From a virus (taxonomy: Duplodnaviria; Heunggongvirae; Uroviricota; Caudoviricetes): a DNA stretch of 64,000 bases. The DNA lies in the IMG/VR virus record IMGVR_UViG_3300015207_000448; one strand, written 5' to 3'. Below, one piece after another: positions 9,768-19,031 of this stretch. How positions within the stretch are numbered: position 1 is the first letter of the stretch; each line of letters opens with the position of its first letter. The notes under the pieces are model-generated. The model did not search any database, had not been told where the DNA came from, and saw nothing but the letters and a program-made list of their open reading frames with translations. The position numbers and the translations under genes are program-made.

Positions 9768-10069
9768 AACTGATATTTCCTCTCCCAAATGGAGAGCAGC
9801 TTGACCTTTTTGACGAGGGGCCAAACGGAATGGATTACATCTGTACTGTTAGCGGCGAATACAAAACCGGAGTGATTGGTCTTGTGGAAGAATACGAGCG
9901 AGAAAAGAATCCGCAGCGTCGCCTCAAAATCGATGATGAGATTCACGACCAAGCTTACTACTATGTCGATTCGATAGCCATGTGTGATGAAGAGCTTCAG
10001 TCAATGATAAGTTTAACTGATCTGGCTGAACAAATCTATCGTGCTATCATAACATTTGCCAGAATATGA
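9764..10069 (+). CDS. Hypothetical protein
   Basis: ORF track. Confidence 0.3.
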   Translation: MKLIFPLPNGEQLDLFDEGPNGMDYICTVSGEYKTGVIGLVEEYEREKNPQRRLKIDDEIHDQAYYYVDSIAMCDEELQSMISLTDLAEQIYRAIITFARI

Positions 10070-10632
10070 CGGAGAAAAGAAAACTCGCCGACTGTTTTGA
10101 AAACGGTTGGTTCAAAGCGGAATACCTTTGGGAACTTCGCCAAGAGATTGTTCTTGGTAGTCTGTATTACGCTGACTATCGCAACTCATTTGGAATTGAT
10201 GAACACAAAGTGCGTGACTTTTTCACAAGTTTTTGGGATAGCTTCTGTGAGGAGCTTGCCAAGGAAGACAATCTGTGGGAAGAAGCTTGTATTATCACCC
10301 GTGACCATTTTGAAGGCGACACGAATGTAAGTCCTGGCAAATACGATTTGTTTCGCGAAGAGACGTATCAAGAATTATTTCAGAAACGCTACGATAACGA
10401 AGATACACTCAAAAATTGGTATGGCTGTTTCTGTGATGATTGTCCACTTCCTCCCAAGATGGTTAATGTGGACATTTACTGGCAATTTCACCGTTCAATT
10501 CATGTTATTGCTGGGACCGAAGATGAAGCGGAAGAAATCGTGAATGAAATGATGAGAAACCGCGAGATTCCGACAGAATCGTTTGAACCGGATGACGATT
10601 GGGATCTCGACACAACCTATCAACCTGATTGA
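10066..10632 (+). CDS. Acidic hypothetical protein
   Basis: ORF track. Confidence 0.4.
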   Translation: MTEKRKLADCFENGWFKAEYLWELRQEIVLGSLYYADYRNSFGIDEHKVRDFFTSFWDSFCEELAKEDNLWEEACIITRDHFEGDTNVSPGKYDLFREETYQELFQKRYDNEDTLKNWYGCFCDDCPLPPKMVNVDIYWQFHRSIHVIAGTEDEAEEIVNEMMRNREIPTESFEPDDDWDLDTTYQPD

Positions 10633-10984
10633 CATGGACAAAAACTTACAAACAAGATACTGCACCGAATGTGGTTCATCTGACGTCAGTTCAATGGCTT
10701 GGGTAAACAATGCCACCGGAGAAATTGAAGAATACATCGGATATGACAGAGACCCCGAATATAATTTTTGCCATCACTGTAATTGCTCGGTAGCAATTAT
10801 GACTCTCGAAACTATGTGGAAACACTTCAGTGAAATACCCATAGATTCTGAGGATTGCATCGAAACTGATTTTCTCTTTTTTGAGAAAGATACCGACCGA
10901 AATCATATCTGGCACTGGTTCGATGAAAGATGCCCGAATGGTCTTGCAATAGATCTGATGGGCGAGCAACCTAAACAACAATAA
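10583..10984 (+). CDS. Cys-rich hypothetical protein; its C-terminus is paralogous to 60902..61495 (minus strand)
   Basis: Shared C-terminal IWHWFD--CPNGLA-DLMGE; CTEC ... CHHCNC cysteine pairs. Confidence 0.45.
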   Translation: MNRMTIGISTQPINLIDMDKNLQTRYCTECGSSDVSSMAWVNNATGEIEEYIGYDRDPEYNFCHHCNCSVAIMTLETMWKHFSEIPIDSEDCIETDFLFFEKDTDRNHIWHWFDERCPNGLAIDLMGEQPKQQ

Positions 10985-10985
10985 T

Positions 10986-11579
10986 ATGAAATGTACATAT
11001 TTTCACTCTAAATACAAGGAGCTGGAGGCACAAGAGTACCGAGAGCTTGCTGCTGCGGTCAAAGCGCATGGCGGCGAATATGTCTTCTTTGATTGTAATC
11101 AAGAAGATGCTGATGATAAATGGCGCGAAGCTGATGGCCATGATGACATTCCAGTCATCAATGGTTGTCATCAGTGTATGGACAAAGACGATAGCTTCTA
11201 TGTAACTCGTGTCTCACTCGATGAGTATGGAAATCCTCAAATATTTGGATTCCGAGATGAATACGGATGCCCTTCAGATGAGGATAGGCTGTATAACATT
11301 CAATTTGGCTATCTCGACAACATCATCACGGAAATTCCTGAGACCGAGGAAGTACATGATGTACGAGAACTGCCCAAGCTAAATTCGATGCCGGTGCTGG
11401 TTCTCAGTCGAGAAGACCTCGAAGTGAAGGGTTACGACCCTGAAATGACTGACGATGAGTTTTTCACACTTGGAAATTCCGTAGCCAAACATCTTGATAT
11501 GGATGACTTTTGGCTGGCACTGGAGTATGCTTGTGATTACTTAGGTGTAAAACGATTAAACGAAGCAGACGATGAATAA
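10986..11579 (+). CDS. Acidic hypothetical protein; paralogue of 59733..60116 (minus strand)
   Basis: Shared AAVKAHGGEYVF / AAIKAHGNEYVF and IPETEEVHDV / IPETDEVQDV. Confidence 0.5.
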   Translation: MKCTYFHSKYKELEAQEYRELAAAVKAHGGEYVFFDCNQEDADDKWREADGHDDIPVINGCHQCMDKDDSFYVTRVSLDEYGNPQIFGFRDEYGCPSDEDRLYNIQFGYLDNIITEIPETEEVHDVRELPKLNSMPVLVLSREDLEVKGYDPEMTDDEFFTLGNSVAKHLDMDDFWLALEYACDYLGVKRLNEADDE

Positions 11580-11847
11580 AGATTTTAATCGCTGGGAGTT
11601 CATTGAAAAGTGGCTTCCAAACTATTCATCCGATCAAGATGTGGCATGGTCAAACGACTTGTCAAAATATCTTGCCGGAGAATACGACTATCAAGACCCG
11701 TATGACAGAGACCGTATCAATGCAATAGCAGAAGTTTGTGCTACTGCTGAAGACGCCAAAATTGAGCTCGAAAGGGTTGACTGCGGATTGTTTTTGGAAG
11801 CACTGGAAGCATACCAAAGACAGAAAGAGAAAATTAACGAGTGTTAA
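11572..11847 (+). CDS. Small acidic protein
   Basis: ORF track. Confidence 0.3.
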   Translation: MNKDFNRWEFIEKWLPNYSSDQDVAWSNDLSKYLAGEYDYQDPYDRDRINAIAEVCATAEDAKIELERVDCGLFLEALEAYQRQKEKINEC

Positions 11848-11905
11848 AGTGTACAACTTTTCACACCTCTAATACAAAACAAATCTATTCGATAATAAAC
11901 AACCA
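11843..11905 (+). promoter_or_regulatory. Conserved promoter/leader motif, copy 2
   Basis: tgttaaagtgtacaacttttcacacc ... ctattcgataataaacaacc about 20 nt upstream of the target-2 start. Confidence 0.4.
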
Positions 11906-11921
11906 ATTAAATCAAAGACAA

Positions 11922-12590
11922 ATGTCACAGTTAAATGTACTTCAGGAGCTGAGGGCTTCACTTGCCTTCGCCAACCGCTTTGACATCGCCAAAGCAAAAG
12001 ATGCCTACGATTTTATCATAGGCGAAAACGAGGAACAGCCTACCCTAAATGTGAACGTAGCGCCGCTTTCAGATGGAATCTACTATGTTATCAACGACAA
12101 AACGCTCGTTCCGGTAGCTCACCTTGAAACCGTCAACAAAGCAAGAGTTATCGGCGTCGCAGTTAAGATGTCCGACAAGATTGCGACTGTTGCTCTTCAC
12201 GATGCAGCTGATGGAGAAGAAGTCGCGCTTACCACAACAGAGAATAACGGCTCGTCAGAGTTTTTCCGTCCCGACTTTTGGGATGCGATGTCTGACTGGA
12301 ATGGCGAGGCCAACACCAAGGATTACGGCGACGACCTCAATCCGGCAATCAACCTTCAGCCTGGACAGTACATCCCGTCGCTCGCTCAGCTTCATCTGAT
12401 TCTCCTTAACATCAAGGAGGTCAATGCTGCTCTTGAAGCAGTGGGCGGCACACCGCTTCGCAAAGAGTGGTATTGGTCGTCCACTGAGGGCTCGGCTGGC
12501 TACTCGTGGCGCGTCTACTTTGGCAGTGGTGGTAGCGGCGGCGGCAGCAAGTGCTACACTTACGTGGTTCGCCCTGCTGTTGCGATATAA
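11922..12590 (+). CDS. DGR-type target protein 2 with a DUF1566/C-type-lectin-like C-terminus
   Basis: ORF 11841..12590 (GTG start) with probable Met start MSQLNVLQEL; C-terminus EWYWSSTEGSAGYSWRVYFGSGGSGGGSKCYTYVVRPAVAI. Confidence 0.7.
   Translation: MSQLNVLQELRASLAFANRFDIAKAKDAYDFIIGENEEQPTLNVNVAPLSDGIYYVINDKTLVPVAHLETVNKARVIGVAVKMSDKIATVALHDAADGEEVALTTTENNGSSEFFRPDFWDAMSDWNGEANTKDYGDDLNPAINLQPGQYIPSLAQLHLILLNIKEVNAALEAVGGTPLRKEWYWSSTEGSAGYSWRVYFGSGGSGGGSKCYTYVVRPAVAI
12471..12587 (+). repeat. Variable region VR2, 117 nt
   Basis: See VR1; the region from the VR through the downstream hairpin (about 12458-12651) is about 90% identical to 6697-6890, whereas the upstream coding sequence has diverged synonymously. 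Confidence 0.6.
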
Positions 12591-12611
12591 GCCTTACTCT
12601 TCATTCTTTCT

Positions 12612-12636
12612 GCCGGGCCAGTTTCTCTGGCCCGGC
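12612..12636 (+). promoter_or_regulatory. GC-rich hairpin 21 nt downstream of the VR2 stop
   Basis: gccgggccag-tttctc-tggcccggc, identical to the copy after VR1. Confidence 0.5.
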
Positions 12637-12659
12637 TATAAATCAAAATCTGAGATTAG

Positions 12660-12977
12660 ATGCCCTATAAGAGCGAGAAAATCAATATCGCCGGAACAAA
12701 ATACGATAGGCGTCGTAAACTCAGTCCCGATCAGGTCAAAGCAATCAAACTTCTCAAAGAAGAAGGATATAGTTATCGTCAACTCGCTGCCATGTTTAAT
12801 TGCAGTAAATGGACGATTCAAAACATAATCAATCCACAAATTAACAAACAACCAATCAAACGACCTACATCATATTGGACTGAGAAAAAGCGACAATATC
12901 GACAAAGAAAGGAAGCACTTTTCAAATCCGGAAAAATCAATGCGAAAAACAAAAGAAGTCGAGCCTATAAGAATTGA
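12660..12977 (+). CDS. Small, very basic helix-turn-helix protein lying between target 2 and RT1; possible DGR accessory or regulator
   Basis: SPDQVKAIKLLKEEGYSYRQLAAMFNCSKWTIQNII is an HTH motif; K/R-rich tails; it occupies the position where Avd usually sits, but no Avd-like features were recognised. Confidence 0.45.
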   Translation: MPYKSEKINIAGTKYDRRRKLSPDQVKAIKLLKEEGYSYRQLAAMFNCSKWTIQNIINPQINKQPIKRPTSYWTEKKRQYRQRKEALFKSGKINAKNKRSRAYKN

Positions 12978-13182
12978 AGATTTCATACAATCAGTATTAG
13001 CACTCAATGGTCTGAAACGCGGAAGAGATTTCAAAGTTTCCGGTAGGCAGTTATGGATTAAGAAAAATCCACTCCGAGGTAAACTGATTGTAATGTTGAA
13101 AAATACGTTCTCTGAGTATAGCTATTACTGGGAATCACCTCAAATTCTTAGATGGTTTTAACCCACAAAAACAGGAAATTAC

Positions 13183-14442
13183 GTGGACAAGATATTAGAA
13201 AAATTCTTCGAGCTTGAACGATGGGAATATGCCATTGACAAAGGCTTGGGAAAAGGAATTTCAAAAGCACAACTCTACCAGCTAACGAAGCCGGAAACAA
13301 GGGTTGCGATGTATGAGGCCATTCGAGATGGTAAGTACGAAATAGCACCACCTCACACTGCCAAAATACCCAAAGATAATGGCGAGTTCAGAACAGTTTA
13401 TATCAATGAACCGGCTGATCGAGTTTTATTGAGTATTGCCAATGATCTTCTGTTTGAATTGATGCCTGAGATGGTTCATCCGCAGTGTCAGTCATACCAG
13501 AAGGGAATTGGTTGTGGTAAGATTGTACAAGAAGTATCTCGAAAAATATGCGACACGAAGGGCGAAGTCATCGGTTGGAAGGCCGACTTTAGCAAGTATT
13601 TTGATAGTGTGCCGGTAAGGTTCATTGATGAAGCCTTTGACAAAGTTGAAGCGAAACATGGACATTCGGCACTGATTGATGTATTGCGAAAGTATTATCA
13701 TTCCGACTATTTCTTCACTCCTGAAGGTGAGCTGATGCAATCGTACCAATCATTGAAGCAAGGGTGCTCCGTCGCATCTTGGCTGGCTGATGTGGCCCTA
13801 TGCCACCTCGATGAACGGCTGTCTCAACTGGATGGCTACTATATTCGCTACTCTGATGATACGCTATTTGTCGGAGCTGATTACGAGAAAGCTATGGTGA
13901 TTATGGAAGATGAATTACATCAGATGGAAATGAAACTCAACCCCAAGAAAGTTGAGTATCTGACTCCTACGAAGTGGTTCAAATTTCTGGGGTTCTCAAT
14001 CAAGGGGGCTGCAATCTCACTCAGTTCAACCCGCATAAAGAAATTCCAAAAAGAGATTGAGAGGTTGACGATCAAAGCAAAGGATATTACGCTCCAAAAG
14101 GCTATCAATTCTGTAAATCGTTTTCTTTATAAAGGCTACGGTGAACATAGTTGGGCCACTCAAATATTACCTATTTGCAATGTCCACTCTGACATCCACG
14201 AATTGAATTGTTTTGTGATGGATTGTCTGAGAGCAGTAAAGACTGGTAAGAAGAAAATAGGCGGTCTTGGTTATGTGGTCACACAGGAGCAAGGCTGTAT
14301 TTCACGAGGCATTGGAAAGAACGTCAAGGCTAACCGTGAGAAAACAGCTAATATGATAAACCGATATTTGACGCTCTCTTGTATGCAAAATGCAATGCGT
14401 ACAAGCCGAGACGCTTATCGGACTTTGGTCGCTTCTCTCTAA
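13183..14442 (+). CDS. Reverse transcriptase RT1, of group II intron-like / DGR-type
   Basis: RT motifs present: PKDNGEFRTVYINEP, WKADFSKYFDSVP, LKQGCSVASWLADVAL, YIRYSDDTLFVG (YxDD), LNPKKVEY, FKFLGFSI; about 100 aa of C-terminal extension beyond the thumb. Confidence 0.85.
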   Translation: MDKILEKFFELERWEYAIDKGLGKGISKAQLYQLTKPETRVAMYEAIRDGKYEIAPPHTAKIPKDNGEFRTVYINEPADRVLLSIANDLLFELMPEMVHPQCQSYQKGIGCGKIVQEVSRKICDTKGEVIGWKADFSKYFDSVPVRFIDEAFDKVEAKHGHSALIDVLRKYYHSDYFFTPEGELMQSYQSLKQGCSVASWLADVALCHLDERLSQLDGYYIRYSDDTLFVGADYEKAMVIMEDELHQMEMKLNPKKVEYLTPTKWFKFLGFSIKGAAISLSSTRIKKFQKEIERLTIKAKDITLQKAINSVNRFLYKGYGEHSWATQILPICNVHSDIHELNCFVMDCLRAVKTGKKKIGGLGYVVTQEQGCISRGIGKNVKANREKTANMINRYLTLSCMQNAMRTSRDAYRTLVASL

Positions 14443-14444
14443 CT

Positions 14445-15800
14445 AAGTATGTGGAGGCAAAGAATGATTGAGCAATCATTTAGTCATTGCGGCAGAATCC
14501 ACCGAGGAGAACGCGCTGATACCGCGTGCTCCTCCCGTTACGCCCGCCGCCAGACATCAAACAGATATAGCAACATACAATTCAATCTGACTTTGCCAAA
14601 AACCAAGTGTATGGATATATTCAACGGCTGCACACATTTAAGTGTCAGCAGGCAAATCGGGAACCGTTCTGTAAACTTGAGATTCCGAAACGGAATCCAA
14701 GTTCCTACAGAGCGGGACACCGATAGCCTGCTGCCTATATCGAAACTATATAGCAATACACCAAGTGCAGTGATGAATACTAAACTGAGTATGCAGACGA
14801 AGTTGAATGGCGTACCGTTTCAGGACATGATCATATATCACCTGAGTCTTGACCAGGTTAGCACCGTGGTCAGACTCAAGTTCCACGATCATGTCTACAT
14901 CAAACTGATAAAGATACATACAAAGCGCATGACAACTTCAAATTTCGCCGGGCGTGCGGCTCACGATTGTAAATCTGCAATCTTCAATGTTAGACGAGTT
15001 GTATTCGAGCTGTTCACGGACACACTGGGTCCAGTTTCCAGCTCGAAACACTCGTCAACATATCGAGAAAATAAAGATACACGTAACAGGAACGCAATCG
15101 TACAATTGATAACAGCGTCGAGTATGAGGCAGGTGCTTAATCTTGAAAATTTCAATGGATCAGACATAACCAGAAGTTCGTCGATTCCATCCAATCGACG
15201 AACTTCTGGCTGTACTGATTTCATATCAAGCAGATTACAGAAACATACAAACTCAAGTGAAAGTGCCTCCGGTATGCGCCGGGCTAAAATCCAAGCAGAC
15301 GAGTTTAGAGATACAGTTATCAATAAGCCAGGTACGGGACATTCCGACCGGCCAACTAAGCCGGTTCTCCGTGTCCCGTGCCTGGCTTCTGAATACTGTA
15401 TTCATCAAGCCTATAAAGCACCGCATTGTGTCTGACAGGATTGAAAATAGCGCAAATGGGCCATCGGGATCAGAACATTTATCGTAGCTGGTTTCAACGT
15501 AAGGTCGTCATCTCCCAGTAGATAACTGGATATGACGTCCTTCGCTCACCAGCTTCTGAATCGAAGAGATATAGCAAGCGCCGCTCTGATGAGATTGTCC
15601 GTAAAAGTGTAACGTAACATTTATATGCAAGAGGCCAAACTTCAATAACCCGCCGAGTCGAAGCCCTCCTGGATACAGGTAGGACCGACTACACAACGTT
15701 TCGTGGTCCATACCTGTATCCAGGAGGCCGCTGAACGGCGGGTTACATCTAAATCAATAGAGCAATACGTCATTGGCTTTGAGCATCTAATTTTTTAATC
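14445..15800 (+). other. 1.35-kb hairpin-dense noncoding region 3' of RT1; candidate RT-associated structured RNA or regulatory region
   Basis: Perfect or near-perfect long stems, e.g. ccagaagttcgtcgatt/aatcgacgaacttctgg (17 bp) and cctcctggatacaggta/tacctgtatccaggagg (17 bp) nested inside cccgccg/cggcggg, ggagaacgcgc/gcgtgctcctcc, gagtcttgacc/ggtcagactc. The only ORF here (14449..15435) is low-complexity and has no paralogue. Confidence 0.4.
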
Positions 15801-15805
15801 AACAA

Positions 15806-16264
15806 ATGAAAAATATCTATAAAGAAACACTGGCTAAAGTTGCTGAAGGAGCACGATTCTCAGTCAATTTTGAGAAACGAAACCTAAAAGTTAATGGCAA
15901 GTATGTCATTAAGGAGGGTAAATATGAAGGTGAACTGGGTGTCAGTCCACTTCCCGTAGTTGAAACACTGAAAGACATCGAAAGACTCTATCACCGCTAC
16001 CGTCACAGCATACCGTCCGAAAGGTCAGATGCAAGACGGAAAACATACTTTCAGGCAATTGCAGAGCATGAGCTGTCAGACGATGACATGCTTTATGGTG
16101 AGCGGAGAGATAACGCTCAGATTGCTTTGGAACTGTACGTCCTCTGCTCAATTCTCAATGGCTCTCTTGTATGGGAAGACTTCGCTCAGGGCAAATGGTT
16201 CTGGCAGTCTTCCAACGAAAAGGGCTTAATCATCTTGAAACAATGGATAAATAACAACAAATAA
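15806..16264 (+). CDS. Conserved hypothetical protein; paralogue of 53245..53706 (minus strand)
   Basis: Shared KYVIK-G-YEGELG, SLPSERSD-RRK-YF-A--EH-LSD-DMLYGE, KWFWQS blocks. Confidence 0.5.
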   Translation: MKNIYKETLAKVAEGARFSVNFEKRNLKVNGKYVIKEGKYEGELGVSPLPVVETLKDIERLYHRYRHSIPSERSDARRKTYFQAIAEHELSDDDMLYGERRDNAQIALELYVLCSILNGSLVWEDFAQGKWFWQSSNEKGLIILKQWINNNK

Positions 16265-16277
16265 GAAACGAATAACA

Positions 16278-17384
16278 ATGGCAAAGAAAAACCCCAACCC
16301 CAGTACAAAAATCGTATGCCCCGTGTGCGGTACAGAGTTTGCAATCCCCGAAAAAACTCACGTTGCTGTCGGTATCGTCGTAGGTGCAGACAGCGGTCTT
16401 GGCACCATCTACCCGGCAACGACAGGAGCCACCCAAACTCCGGCACCCAGTGCTCAATCTCAGAAGAAAGCGACTGAGAAGATTGAGGCTTTGCACATGG
16501 CCGGGGTTAATGTTGACAACCTCTTCAGTATGAAGAGCGCGTCCGGTCAGGAAATCATCGCCCGTATGGAAAACGGAAACCTCTCCGTTGTTCCCGACAA
16601 TGACCCGATTTTCGCAGTTATCATGGGACGTGGTACCGTGCCTAACCGCCGACTCTTCCGTCGCTGGGTGATGGCTCAGGTCTTCCACATGCTCAACTAC
16701 AAGTCCTATCGCGGAAACAAAACAGGTTTCGTTGCTGCACTCGAAGCCAAAGGTTACAAGTATCAGTGGAAGATGGTTCTTGAGGAAATGCGAGTACAGG
16801 CTAAGCTCGCCGCTGAAGACCCTGAGAACTTCGCACTCCGTAACCGCTGGTTCAACGATGGCCGCATCATGCAAATGGGCGTGGACTATCTGGAGCAGCT
16901 TGTGGCTCATATCAACAAGCTGAAGGTTCGTCACTGCAAAGGCGTGCCCTATGTTAAACTGGGCGGCAGAAACGTGTTTACTGCTGACATCCAGACTAAG
17001 GTCATTGACCCTATCGTGAAAGCGATGGCGAAAATAGGTGAGGCTGACACCCCTCAGAAACTTTACTACGCAGTCAATGCTGCTGTAAGATTCATTCAGC
17101 AATGGTGGTTCACCAACGACGCTTGTATGTCTCAGGCTTTCAAAGACGCATACAAGGGAGCTGGTGCATACTTCACTATGCAGAACCTTATTCTCTTCCA
17201 CGGGGCCAGTTTCAAAAATGGCTGCATCAAGCTTGGCCAGAAGAAATCTCTGGCTATGCTTGAGAACAAGGCTCACGAATATGCAACTTCACAGGAAGGC
17301 TGGCGTCTGTTCGGTGTGATGAAGAAACTCATCGCTGATTCTGGTATCAATATCGGAAAGAAGATGGAAGAATGGCGAAAATAA
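16278..17384 (+). CDS. Zn-ribbon-containing hypothetical protein; paralogue of 52182..53270 (minus strand)
   Basis: N-terminal CPVCGTEF; shared blocks AGVNV-NLFS, VVPD-DPIFA, RRLFRRWVMAQVFHM, FKDAYKGAGAYFT--NLILFH. Confidence 0.5.
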   Translation: MAKKNPNPSTKIVCPVCGTEFAIPEKTHVAVGIVVGADSGLGTIYPATTGATQTPAPSAQSQKKATEKIEALHMAGVNVDNLFSMKSASGQEIIARMENGNLSVVPDNDPIFAVIMGRGTVPNRRLFRRWVMAQVFHMLNYKSYRGNKTGFVAALEAKGYKYQWKMVLEEMRVQAKLAAEDPENFALRNRWFNDGRIMQMGVDYLEQLVAHINKLKVRHCKGVPYVKLGGRNVFTADIQTKVIDPIVKAMAKIGEADTPQKLYYAVNAAVRFIQQWWFTNDACMSQAFKDAYKGAGAYFTMQNLILFHGASFKNGCIKLGQKKSLAMLENKAHEYATSQEGWRLFGVMKKLIADSGINIGKKMEEWRK

Positions 17385-18157
17385 CATCCAATGAAATCCT
17401 CCGAGAGCAATCGCTCGAAAAGCTCACGGAGGCTTACTACGAACAGTATAAGTACGATAATCGGTTGCCGGATCTCTTTGAACTAATTGAACCTGAGAAG
17501 TTGTATGAGTGGCTTGTCGAACAGTTTGACAACGATTTCTCGTACAAAGAAATTAAAGAGTTGTTTGACTATCAGCCTGACTATTTGCAAATTGGTGAAG
17601 TTGAATACATCAATGGGATTCCTCATTTCTTGTTCGACCAGTCATCAGAAGGACTCATTTTCAAAGATGAGGAGGCGTATCAAGAAAACTGGGATGCTCC
17701 GTGCTATGTTCCAAAATACGCTGCTGAAGATGCTGCCATTACAGTTAACGACATAGAATATGAGTGTGCTGGAGACAAAGAGCATTGCGATTGGTTCTCT
17801 CATAACGACTTGCTTGAAATTTGCCACGGCAATAAAGTGCTATGTGATGAGGTGTTCCGGGAACTTGATTGGACATATCCGTCAACGTGGCTGGAAGACC
17901 GAGATATGCACGACAGCATTGATTGGGAATACTTCTGGAACTATGTCGAAGTAGGCAATAAAGTCTGGTGGAATGATCCAGAGCAGAAAACCTGCGGATG
18001 GTGTACAGTGGTAGAAATCAAAGATCCGAAAGGAGAATGGGGAATAGACACTGTTGTATGGATTCTTCCTGAAGGTTATTCCATCGGTTCCGAAGCCGAA
18101 GTTCCGTTACGTGAATTGACAGACTATCCATATCTAACCAATATCGAAGAAAATTAA
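17372..18157 (+). CDS. Acidic hypothetical protein; its C-terminal domain is related to the N-terminus of 50416..51345 (minus strand)
   Basis: KVWWNDPEQKTCGWCTVVEIK ... SEAEV against DVWWKDPEGKTSGSFLVLEIK ... SEAEV. Confidence 0.45.
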   Translation: MAKITSNEILREQSLEKLTEAYYEQYKYDNRLPDLFELIEPEKLYEWLVEQFDNDFSYKEIKELFDYQPDYLQIGEVEYINGIPHFLFDQSSEGLIFKDEEAYQENWDAPCYVPKYAAEDAAITVNDIEYECAGDKEHCDWFSHNDLLEICHGNKVLCDEVFRELDWTYPSTWLEDRDMHDSIDWEYFWNYVEVGNKVWWNDPEQKTCGWCTVVEIKDPKGEWGIDTVVWILPEGYSIGSEAEVPLRELTDYPYLTNIEEN

Positions 18158-18162
18158 AGACC

Positions 18163-18810
18163 ATGCCAATCGATAATTTTGAAATCATAAAGAGCTTGTT
18201 CTACTTCAATGAAGGGAACGATATGTTCTTTCACTGCCAAATTCTGAGACGAGGTAAAGACCACCCTGAGCTTCCGGCTGCAAACAAACTTATTCAGTCA
18301 TGGCTGATTCGGAGCCGTGATCAGTTGGACAAGTTAAAAGATGAAATTATCTTCCTTTGCGAGCATTACAAGGCGAGAGCATACATCAATGTTGCTGGGA
18401 AGGATTTTGATCGGCTCAATGCCCTTATCTTAAAGAAACTGGCAGAGAATAACTATACAGGGAACGTCATCAATCCGTGGCATATATACAACAGTGCCTG
18501 CGGAGAGTTAACCAGCAGAAGAAAATGCTGGATAGTGGATGTCGATAGTAAACATCCTGATGATTCGTTTGAAGTTCTCGAAGAGCTGGATGGCATCTGG
18601 CTGGAAACACATCCAGAAAGCAAAGCGTTATTAGACGACTGTAGGCGAGATCGTGTCTATCTGTACGCTACCATTCCAACTCTGAATGGCTATCATTTCA
18701 TCACTCAGCCATTCAATCTTCAAAAGTTTCGAGAAAAGTTCCCTGAAGTGGACGTACATAAAAATAATCCAACGGTACTGTATGTGCCGGAAAGTATAAT
18801 AAACAAATGA
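18163..18810 (+). CDS. Hypothetical protein
   Basis: ORF track; no motif recognised. Confidence 0.4.
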   Translation: MPIDNFEIIKSLFYFNEGNDMFFHCQILRRGKDHPELPAANKLIQSWLIRSRDQLDKLKDEIIFLCEHYKARAYINVAGKDFDRLNALILKKLAENNYTGNVINPWHIYNSACGELTSRRKCWIVDVDSKHPDDSFEVLEELDGIWLETHPESKALLDDCRRDRVYLYATIPTLNGYHFITQPFNLQKFREKFPEVDVHKNNPTVLYVPESIINK

Positions 18811-19031
18811 GTAAACTAATCGACATAAAAATTGTACCGGAGTTTGACCGTATGGGGACCGGTGCATGTTGCTATCATCTGGTAACAATCCGAGAACACC
18901 GCTTTCTTTTCTGGAAGTGGAGAGACGAATCTGTAGTCGGCCCACCATATCAGACGAAGGTGGCTGCGAAAATAGCAAAGAAGAAAATGCTACAACAAGT
19001 TAACTGAAGTGGCACATAATATTAAACAAAA

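Noticed and set aside
12591-13182. Template repeat between target 2 and RT1 (the canonical DGR position)
   Set aside because: I read the interval directly. It encodes the HTH protein and contains no stretch resembling the VR sequence with adenines.
14449-15435. 328-aa ORF downstream of RT1 as a protein-coding gene
   Set aside because: The translation is low-complexity and Ser/Arg/Asn-rich. It has no paralogue in the mirror arm, even though every flanking gene does. It is threaded through numerous perfect hairpins, so it reads as noncoding structured DNA or RNA.
13183-15800. The RT genes as ORFs encoded by group II introns
   Set aside because: There is no room upstream for ribozyme domains I-III: RT1 is preceded by a coding HTH gene, and the RT2 start overlaps the upstream gene stop. 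No domain V-like 34-nt GAAA-capped hairpin was recognised downstream, and both flanks carry intact genes rather than split exons.
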